A stretch of DNA of 36,695 nucleotides from a virus (Duplodnaviria; Caudoviricetes): the IMG/VR virus record IMGVR_UViG_3300037043_000064, positions 1-36,695 of that record, one strand, 5' to 3'. Both the position numbers and the translations under genes were made by a program. Positions within the stretch are counted from its first letter, which is position 1. Each line of letters opens with the position of its first letter. This document shows, in pieces, positions 27,055 to 33,330 of the stretch. A model generated the notes under the pieces. The model worked only from the letters and a program-made list of their open reading frames with translations. It was not told where the DNA came from and searched no databases.

Positions 27055-27142
27055 CCGGGTCGACCTTGCAGCCGCAGACCTCGCAGGTCACCTGTGGCTC
27101 GAGGAAGCGGGCGCCGAGGTCGCCGGTCAGGGGCGGGTTCAT
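26933..27142 (-). CDS. Small Zn-ribbon protein, probably leaderless
   Basis: CEVC...CREC; TGGTACGAT extended -10 ends 6 nt before the ATG. Confidence 0.55.
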   Translation of the reverse strand: MNPPLTGDLGARFLEPQVTCEVCGCKVDPDECKIVWEEDEPKLDSSSYKKHLLVDATPLLWGICRECAG

Positions 27143-27201
27143 GCGCTGATCGTACCACCGTCCATGTCGCCTCTCTTCACCCATCGTTGGCAGGTGACGG
27201 C

Positions 27202-27228
27202 AGCGTAGCAACGAGGCGTGTAGGAAGA
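27202..27228 (-). promoter_or_regulatory. Phage promoter-like motif upstream of the packaging/structural operon
   Basis: TCTTCCTACA-CGCCTCGT-TGCTACGCT; same architecture as the copies at 3261 and 36609. Confidence 0.6.
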
Positions 27229-27323
27229 GAGCCGCACGAGATGTGCCCGCTGATGTGCCCGAATCCGTCCACGGGCGGTGTGGACGCGCACGCACGGCAG
27301 GCATGACCGCCGGGCACGTCCGA

Positions 27324-27383
27324 GCCTAAAGACGCCGCCCTCTCACGGCGGTAACACGGGTTCGAATCCCGTATGCGCTACCA
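27324..27383 (+). other. 3' part of tRNA-Glu(CTC); attP-like core
   Basis: Anticodon arm CCGCC-CTCTCAC-GGCGG, T arm ACGGG-TTCGAAT-CCCGT, then ATGCGCT-A-CCA. No complementary 5' acceptor strand. Flanked by TGTGCCCG repeats. Confidence 0.8.
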
Positions 27384-27464
27384 GCGACTTTGCCGAATCC
27401 GACACTCTCGATGTGTCAGATTCTGTGCCCGTTTCCCTCAGCGATCGCCCCGCCGAGGCCCTCT

Positions 27465-27803
27465 TCAAGCCTCGTCACCGGCGCCGCACCAGCGCCCGCA
27501 CAAGAGGTCCGCGAACTCCTGCTCGGTGGTGATGACGTAGGTGGGCACGCCCTCGTCCTGGCGGCAGCGCATGGCGAGCACCTGCCCGTTGCTGAGCCGG
27601 CCGCCGTCGGGGCGCTTGAACTCGATGACGTGGGTGCGGCCGCGGCGGTAGAGGATGGCGTCGGGGGCGCCGACGGTGGTGCCGGAGTTCTTGGCGCGGC
27701 GCTGGCCGATCACCTCGAGGTAGCCACCGAAGTCGCACACGAGGCGCTTGCAGTTCGCGACGAGGGTGGCCTCGGGGGCGGGGTCGGTGCGGGTGCGGGT
27801 CAC
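27465..27803 (-). CDS. VRR-NUC domain nuclease / Holliday junction resolvase-like
   Basis: GAPD...IEFKRPDGGRLSNGQ, a PD-(D/E)xK motif. Confidence 0.85.
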   Translation of the reverse strand: MTRTRTDPAPEATLVANCKRLVCDFGGYLEVIGQRRAKNSGTTVGAPDAILYRRGRTHVIEFKRPDGGRLSNGQVLAMRCRQDEGVPTYVITTEQEFADLLCGRWCGAGDEA

Positions 27804-27991
27804 GACTCCACCTCCACTTTCGTCATCGCGTCCACTTCCATTTCCGCCCCCGTCTCCAGCAACAGCCTCACCTTGTTCCCGTGCTCGGTCGCCGCCACGA
27901 TCCGCAGCCGCCGGCCGCTGTAGGGGCTGAGGACGGACCAGGAGCGGGAGCCGGTGCCGTGGCGGGCCAGGTGGCGGGCGGTGCGGGTCAT
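27800..27991 (-). CDS. Hypothetical protein (63 aa)
   Basis: Coupled by ATGA and GTGA overlaps on both sides. Confidence 0.6.
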   Translation of the reverse strand: MTRTARHLARHGTGSRSWSVLSPYSGRRLRIVAATEHGNKVRLLLETGAEMEVDAMTKVEVES

Positions 27992-28635
27992 GGTGAGACC
28001 GTGCATGTGTTTGTCTCATAGGGACGTCTGGCGCTGTCGCTCGGCGCAGCCCGCCGTTCCTCAATCCACTTGGTCTGAAAGTCGCCGAGCGGATCCATGA
28101 GGAAGAGCTCCTTGACGAAGTCCGCATAGAAGAACCCGTCAGAGGCGCGTTGACCAGGAGTCAGTTGTTCCACTGAGGCGACCACCCAGCGCTCGATTGC
28201 TGCATACGGGAACCACCGGTCCTCATCGAAGAGCCCCGTCAGCCAGTTGCACAGCGCAATCGTCACGCCGTCGTCGTCGAGCGCCTCCACCATGCCGACG
28301 GCACAGTCCCCGTCGTCCAGGCCGAAGGCATATACGGACCCGACGACGATACCACAGCGACCGGCGGTGCGCTGGGGTGCGGGCCGCGATCCTCCGTTGC
28401 CGTTGTTCATCCTGATGTTGTGGACGGGCTTCTCACTCTTGATCGCCTGGCGTTCGGCTTCTCTCAGCGCATCGATTGTCGGGTGGTGCTCCATCTCGAT
28501 GCGTACCACATCGGACCACCAGCCCTTGGTGTAGCCGTGCTTCTCGAACCGACGGGCGGGGTTCTTGGTCATGCCGACGTAGAGGAGCTGATCGTCCGCC
28601 CCGAAGAAGCGATACAGCACATAGGTGTCACTCAT
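27988..28635 (-). CDS. GIY-YIG nuclease family protein
   Basis: VLYRFF...LLYVGMT...RFEKH...EAERQAIKSEKPVHN. Confidence 0.85.
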   Translation of the reverse strand: MSDTYVLYRFFGADDQLLYVGMTKNPARRFEKHGYTKGWWSDVVRIEMEHHPTIDALREAERQAIKSEKPVHNIRMNNGNGGSRPAPQRTAGRCGIVVGSVYAFGLDDGDCAVGMVEALDDDGVTIALCNWLTGLFDEDRWFPYAAIERWVVASVEQLTPGQRASDGFFYADFVKELFLMDPLGDFQTKWIEERRAAPSDSARRPYETNTCTVSP

Positions 28636-28660
28636 CTCTCTCCCCCCAACCTGGGCGCCG

Positions 28661-28883
28661 AAAGGTGCGCACGGGGCCCTCTCTTAAGAGAGGGGCCCCC
28701 TGCGTGCGCATCTTCGTCTGTGTGCCGTAGGAAAGCTGCGCAGAAAGGTGCGCAGGGTTCTGCGCATCTTGATTCGTCTGTTTTGCAGGTACTTTTCTGA
28801 AAGGTGCGCAAGGTGCGCACGGACCGCTGCGCACCTTTCGTCGGAAAGGTGCGCAAGGTGCGCAAACCGCCCTGCGCAGCTTT
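28661..28883. repeat. Iteron-like repeat cluster; putative replication origin
   Basis: 11 copies of TGCGCA, mostly as (A)AAGGTGCGCA in direct and inverted orientation, plus the perfect 18-bp palindrome CCCTCTCTTAAGAGAGGG at 28677-28694. Directly downstream of the helicase gene. Confidence 0.7.
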
Positions 28884-28903
28884 CACTGGTGCATAAACGG
28901 TAT

Positions 28904-30307
28904 TCATTCGTCTTCCTTCAACCAGTAGACGTTGGCCTTCCCGCCACGCTGTGACGGGCCTAGGCCGCGGGCGACGATGCCCTCTTGAACGAGCCTTGTG
29001 AGAATGCGGTCGGCGGTCCGCCGGCTCACGTCCCCGCGGATCTCGTTGATAGGCAGAGCTCCCGCTTCGCCGTAGTTCAGGGCGTCGATGATCTGGCGTT
29101 CCTCGCCGAGCCGGCGCAGGTCGCCCGGGTCGCCGAGCATGGTGAACTCGCCAGACGAGAAGTCGATGACGCGCTCTTCCGGCGTCTCGTCGTGGCGGCC
29201 GATCGCCTCGAGTGAGCGCTGCGTCTTCTCTCCGGGGATCCGCCGCACGGCGATCACGGTGTCCATCTCGCCCGTCCAGGCGGTGGACCCGCGGCCGGCC
29301 TGTCCGACGGCGCCGCCGGCCTTCCGCTCGTGGCGGATGACAGCCACCGCGCACCCCGTGCTGGCCAGATGCTGCAAGGGCGTGATGGTGGTCATGGCGA
29401 CGCCGGCCGAGAACTCGTCGTCGCCGTGTAGCCCGGCCCACTTCGACAGGGTGTCGATGACGACGAGCCTCGCCTTGGTGTCTGCCGCCAGGCGGGCGAT
29501 CTCCTGGGCCACTTGCTCCCACCCCATGCGCCAGGCCGCCTCGTGCAGGAGTACGACGTGGAGGTTCTCACCGGCGCCGTGCCCCGTGCGGTCGAGCGCG
29601 CCGAGGAATGTCCCGACGCGCTCTTCGGTGCAGTAGAGGACGGGCCCCGTGGCCGTGCGCTCGCCGAGGAAGTGGCCGCTGCTCGAGATCGCATGGACCA
29701 GGGCCAGGACGAAGGTCGTCTTGCCGTCCTTCGGAGGGCTCTCGAAACTGACCACGTCGCCGACGGCGATGTACGGGTAGCAGACCCATTCGACCGCTTC
29801 CGGCTGGCGCTCAAGGAGCTCGGGGAGGGCGTAGGCGGTGAGTGAGCTCTTCTGCTCCTCGCCCCCTCCGCGCCCGCGGATCTCCGCCGCGGCCTCGGCG
29901 GCGATCCCCTCGATGGTGGCGGCGAGGTCGGCCCGGTCTCCGCTTCTGGCCACCTCTGCCATGGACTTCGCGGCCGTGGCCGCGCGCCGGCGGGCACTGG
30001 CCTCGAGGATGCTCTCGACGTACTCGGGCGCGTTCGTCGTGACGACGAAGAGCTCGGTCAGGTGAGCGGCGTAGGCGGCGGCGCGCTTGCCGCCCCCGCC
30101 GTTCCGCAGGGCCTTGCCGATGGTGACCGCGTCGACCGGCCGGCCCTCCGAGCGCAGGGCGGCCGCGGCACGGAAGACCGCCACCTTGTCGCCGTCGAAG
30201 TCGCTCTCGCGCAGGCGTCCGACGACGTAGTCGCAGGCCGCCTCGTTGGTGAGGGCGGCGATGAGGGCGGCTTCTTCGGCCGCGGCGTCGTGGAGTGCGT
30301 CGCTCAC
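28904..30307 (-). CDS. Replicative helicase: DnaB N-terminal domain, RecA/RepA-type (AAA_25) ATPase and C-terminal wHTH
   Basis: AEEAALIAAL...LRESDF...GRPVDAVT; Walker A SPPKDGKTT; Walker B LVVIDTL; IRHERK; GRGSTAWTGEMD. Confidence 0.85.
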   Translation of the reverse strand: MSDALHDAAAEEAALIAALTNEAACDYVVGRLRESDFDGDKVAVFRAAAALRSEGRPVDAVTIGKALRNGGGGKRAAAYAAHLTELFVVTTNAPEYVESILEASARRRAATAAKSMAEVARSGDRADLAATIEGIAAEAAAEIRGRGGGEEQKSSLTAYALPELLERQPEAVEWVCYPYIAVGDVVSFESPPKDGKTTFVLALVHAISSSGHFLGERTATGPVLYCTEERVGTFLGALDRTGHGAGENLHVVLLHEAAWRMGWEQVAQEIARLAADTKARLVVIDTLSKWAGLHGDDEFSAGVAMTTITPLQHLASTGCAVAVIRHERKAGGAVGQAGRGSTAWTGEMDTVIAVRRIPGEKTQRSLEAIGRHDETPEERVIDFSSGEFTMLGDPGDLRRLGEERQIIDALNYGEAGALPINEIRGDVSRRTADRILTRLVQEGIVARGLGPSQRGGKANVYWLKEDE

Positions 30308-30462
30308 GGCGTGTGGCGCCCTCTGGCCGCCTGCTCCTTGCGCGCGATCTCTGCGCAGCGGCGGCACTCGTCCTCGCGTCGGCCGGACGCGAGGGCCGAC
30401 GCGGCGAGCAGGCCGATCGCGCCGCCGGCGATGAGCCCGGCCACGAGGGCGAGGACGGTCAT
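30304..30462 (-). CDS. Small membrane protein
   Basis: MTVLALVAGLIAGGAIGLLAASALASGRRED; coupled on both sides. Confidence 0.65.
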   Translation of the reverse strand: MTVLALVAGLIAGGAIGLLAASALASGRREDECRRCAEIARKEQAARGRHTP

Positions 30463-30656
30463 GACGCCACCGCCTTGCGCCGGCGGTAGCTGGCCTTGTC
30501 CGTCTGCGATCGGCAGGCGCGGCATTGGCTGACCATGCCGCTGCCCCTCCAGTGGTCGGGGGCGAAGAAGTCGGTGCAGGCGGGCAGCTCCTTGCCGCAG
30601 AGGCTGCAACGCTTCTTGCCGAAGAGCAGGTAGTCGGTAGTGGTGGGGGCGATCAT
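30459..30656 (-). CDS. Small Zn-finger protein
   Basis: KRCSLCGKE...FF...QCRAC...YRRR. Confidence 0.65.
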   Translation of the reverse strand: MIAPTTTDYLLFGKKRCSLCGKELPACTDFFAPDHWRGSGMVSQCRACRSQTDKASYRRRKAVAS

Positions 30657-30667
30657 CCGCCGCCCCC

Positions 30668-31084
30668 TCAGAAGGGCACGTCGTCGTCGCCGAAGTCCTT
30701 GGCGGAGACGGCGGCGGGCTTGGCCTCCTGGCGCGGCGCGGCGTCCTCGCCGGTGCGCGGGCCGAAGATGACGCTCTTGGCCACGACGATCGGGGTGACG
30801 CGCACCTCGCCCTCGTCGGTCGTCCAGTGGCGCGGCTTGGCCATGCGCCCGTCGACGATGACGAACGAACCGGAGTCGAGGTACTTCTCGATCGCGTCGA
30901 CGATGGCGCCGTAGACCTTGACGTCGGTCCACATGGCCTCGTCCGTCCACTCCCCGTCCACCTTGGCCGGGTTGTTCACGGCGAGCGCGAGGATGGCGCT
31001 GCGGCTGCCGTCGTCGTTGTCGAAGACCTTCGGTGCGCGGCCGAGGTAGCCGGAGATGCAGACGCTGTTCAGGCTCTTGCTCAT
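30668..31084 (-). CDS. ssb: Single-stranded DNA-binding protein
   Basis: LNSVCISGYLGRAP, LAVN, GSFVIVDGR and acidic DDDVPF C-terminus. Confidence 0.92.
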   Translation of the reverse strand: MSKSLNSVCISGYLGRAPKVFDNDDGSRSAILALAVNNPAKVDGEWTDEAMWTDVKVYGAIVDAIEKYLDSGSFVIVDGRMAKPRHWTTDEGEVRVTPIVVAKSVIFGPRTGEDAAPRQEAKPAAVSAKDFGDDDVPF

Positions 31085-31314
31085 GCGGTGTCCTTTCGGG
31101 GCGCCTCGGGCGCCGAAGCGTGTCTGTCGTCGCCGATGACGAGGCCGCCGGGGCAGCTGCGCACGGCGTGCAGCCACTCCGCGGCCTGGGCGCGGGAGAT
31201 CTCGCGGCCCGCGTCCTGGTCGGCGAAGTAGGGGAGGAGCAGATAGCCGCGGGCCGTCCGGCGCAGCTCGTAGATCGGGGCGTCGGGCCGCGGGCGCGTG
31301 AGGATCGCGGTCAT
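31081..31314 (-). CDS. Hypothetical protein (77 aa)
   Basis: ATGA overlaps on both sides. Confidence 0.6.
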   Translation of the reverse strand: MTAILTRPRPDAPIYELRRTARGYLLLPYFADQDAGREISRAQAAEWLHAVRSCPGGLVIGDDRHASAPEAPRKDTA

Positions 31315-31688
31315 TGTGACCACGCCCAGCACCACTCACCGGGGGAGACCGGGCGCCCCTTGAGGCGCCGGCAGGTGCCGATGACCGAGCGGGCCCCGCA
31401 GCTCGCGCAGCGGCGTTCGTCGCTCGCCGGCACCGGAACCAGGAGCACGTAGCCGCCGCGGATGCCGCCCCTGCTCAGGATGTGCAGCCCGAAGGCGCCC
31501 GAGCGCAGCCGCGCGGCGGCATTGCTCACGGCCTGCGGGCAGACCTGGAAGCCGACCACGTCGCAGACCTCGCGGTGGCTGATCATCCGGTTCGGGTAGG
31601 TGGTCAGCAGGTAGCGCAGGGCCCGGCTCGCGTGCTCGGCCCCCTTGACCGCGTCGTAACCGGCCGGGGCGGTGATGATGCTGCTCAT
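31311..31688 (-). CDS. Winged-helix plus Cys-cluster protein
   Basis: ISHREVCDVVG...AVSNAAARLR...GGYVL, then CASC...C...C. Confidence 0.65.
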   Translation of the reverse strand: MSSIITAPAGYDAVKGAEHASRALRYLLTTYPNRMISHREVCDVVGFQVCPQAVSNAAARLRSGAFGLHILSRGGIRGGYVLLVPVPASDERRCASCGARSVIGTCRRLKGRPVSPGEWCWAWSQ

Positions 31689-32092
31689 GACGCAACCATG
31701 CACTCGAGCAGCGTAGGAGGAGCGAGGAAGGCGAGCTCGACCTCCAGCAGGCTGCGCTGGCAGGGCGAGCAGTAGCGGTCCTCCCGGTGGTCGCGCGCCA
31801 AGCGCACGCCGCAGCTCTCGCAGTGGGCCGGCGTGGCCGGTTCCGGGGCGAGCTCGCGCGGGCGCGTCATGAGCACGTAGAGGCCGCCCCGGTGTGAACC
31901 GGGGGGCCTCATGTTGCTGAACCCGTAGCCGCGGCCCGTGAGGCGGGTCAGGGCGACCGTCACGTAGGTGCGCCCGGCCCTGCTCCCCTCGTCGTAACCG
32001 CAGGCGTAGAGCAGGTCGCTCATCGTCTGCGGCCCGCGCTCGAGCGCGTCGACGATCGCGCGCTGCTTGACCGTCAGGGGGCGCTGGCTCAT
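31685..32092 (-). CDS. Winged-helix plus Zn-finger protein
   Basis: QRAIVDALERGPQTMSDL...ALTRLTGRGY...GLYVL, then CESCGVRLARDHREDRYCSPC. Confidence 0.7.
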   Translation of the reverse strand: MSQRPLTVKQRAIVDALERGPQTMSDLLYACGYDEGSRAGRTYVTVALTRLTGRGYGFSNMRPPGSHRGGLYVLMTRPRELAPEPATPAHCESCGVRLARDHREDRYCSPCQRSLLEVELAFLAPPTLLECMVAS

Positions 32093-32730
32093 GACCCACC
32101 ATCACCATTGACGACCCGGAACGTCCCCCAGCCCACGCCCGCGCTCTTCTTCGAGTCCGGGCGACCCTCGCCGACCCCGACCTGCAGACCGGCTCGTGCG
32201 AGCAGGTTCGCGACGTCGACGAGACCGAGCATGTCTGCGTCGAACGTCACCCTCACCTGGGCCCGCCAGCCCTCGCGCCACATCGGTCGGACGCGGATGT
32301 CGACGACTCCGGTCTCGTTGCGCGCGTAGCCCTCATGCATCTCGGGCTCGCCAGCGGCGATACGCACGAGTGGCGTGCCGTCATCGGCGTCGAAGCCGTC
32401 AGGCTCGATGAACACAGCCAGCTTGGCCCGCGTCATCACAAACCCGGCCGCCCGGCAGGCGCTGATCATCGCGTTGCGGAAGGCCGGGGCCGGGATGCCG
32501 GCCCAGCCGTCCGTCGAGACGTGCATGGCGCCCCGGTAGTCGGCCTCGAAGTCGCGTGCCGCGCGGGTGTTCTTTCCGCGTGCCGTCGAGCCCGCGGCTT
32601 GCTTCTCCATCATCTTGAGACGTGCCTTCTGTGAGAACTTGTGCGACACGTACGGAGCGCTGCCCTCGATGGTGAAGGCGGCAGTCTGGAAGTTCGGTGC
32701 CGCGATTGTGATGGTGTCGTTGTTGCTCAA
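32089..32730 (-). CDS. Stand-alone RAMP-superfamily (Cas7-like) RNA-binding protein
   Basis: TTG start after AGGAGA RBS; beta1 FTIEGSAPYVSH; GIPAPAFRNAMISA (cf. RAMP IPgss.kGa.R); C-terminal Gly-rich loop GVGEGRPDSKKSAGVGWGTFRV. Confidence 0.75.
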   Translation of the reverse strand: MSNNDTITIAAPNFQTAAFTIEGSAPYVSHKFSQKARLKMMEKQAAGSTARGKNTRAARDFEADYRGAMHVSTDGWAGIPAPAFRNAMISACRAAGFVMTRAKLAVFIEPDGFDADDGTPLVRIAAGEPEMHEGYARNETGVVDIRVRPMWREGWRAQVRVTFDADMLGLVDVANLLARAGLQVGVGEGRPDSKKSAGVGWGTFRVVNGDGGS

Positions 32731-32755
32731 GGTGTTCTCCTGTGAGTGTGTGTAT

Positions 32756-32843
32756 GCCGTGCCGTGCCTCGCCGCGCCTGCCATGCCTTGCCCCGCCGGG
32801 CCCTGCCCATCCTTGCCATGCCCAGCCGGGCCGAGCCTGCCGT
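32756..32843 (-). ncRNA. GGC-NN pentamer array; candidate guide RNA for the adjacent RAMP protein
   Basis: Intergenic. Minus strand reads AC GGC A GGC TC GGC CC GGC TG GGC AT GGC AA GGA TG GGC AG GGC CC GGC GG GGC AA GGC AT GGC A GGC GC GGC GA GGC AC GGC AC GGC. The repeat is directly visible; the RNA role is inferred. Confidence 0.7.
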
Positions 32844-32844
32844 G

Positions 32845-33330
32845 TCAAACGCCGACCGGCTCAAGCGCGGAACGTGCCTCCTCGACGGCTGCCCACACGA
32901 CGGACAGCTCGTCGAGGTAGCGGAAACGGTGCGCAACCCCGTTGAGCAGGCGTAGCGCCTCGGCGACCGCGGCCGCGTGTAGTTCGTCGTCGTTCGCGAT
33001 GTCGACGGTCGCCACGTAAGCTGAGCCGCCGCACTTCTCATGCACGACGTGCACGACCAACGGCTCAGTCTCGCCTGTCTCTGTGACGACACGCACGGAG
33101 CGCGAGAGATGGCGCGCCTGTTCCAGCCGGTACTGCTCGGCCGCAGCCCCGTCGTCCCACTCGAATACGGGATGCAAGGGGTGGCTCTCACGCCGGGCGG
33201 CGTTCAGTACGCGTTCGGCGGTCAGTGGCCCGGTCTTCAGTAGCCGGGCAAGTGCCCGTCCCGCGGTGTCGGCGTCGACTCCTCTGACCTTGGAGCTGGG
33301 GGCGAATTGGTATGCAGTGACCACGCTCAT
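32845..33330 (-). CDS. Conserved phage protein, likely accessory to the RAMP/array cassette
   Basis: LTAERVLNAAR...HPLHPVFEWDDGAAAEQYRLEQARHLSRSVRVV; stop codon 1 nt from the array. Confidence 0.7.
   Translation of the reverse strand: MSVVTAYQFAPSSKVRGVDADTAGRALARLLKTGPLTAERVLNAARRESHPLHPVFEWDDGAAAEQYRLEQARHLSRSVRVVTETGETEPLVVHVVHEKCGGSAYVATVDIANDDELHAAAVAEALRLLNGVAHRFRYLDELSVVWAAVEEARSALEPVGV

Noticed and set aside
27308-27383. Intact phage tRNA-Glu gene
   Set aside because: No 5' strand pairs with the ATGCGCT acceptor sequence and the D-loop lacks the conserved GG, so it is treated as an att-like fragment.
31713-31723. GCTCCTCCTAC match to the promoter upstream box
   Set aside because: It lies inside a coding region, has G instead of the conserved final A, and lacks the -10 box at 8-nt spacing.
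32756-32843. Array as a canonical CRISPR, a simple microsatellite, or the N-terminus of the 231-aa ORF
   Set aside because: There are no 23-50-nt repeats with spacers, and the units vary at fixed positions. The RBS and TTG at 32730 place the RAMP start downstream of the array.
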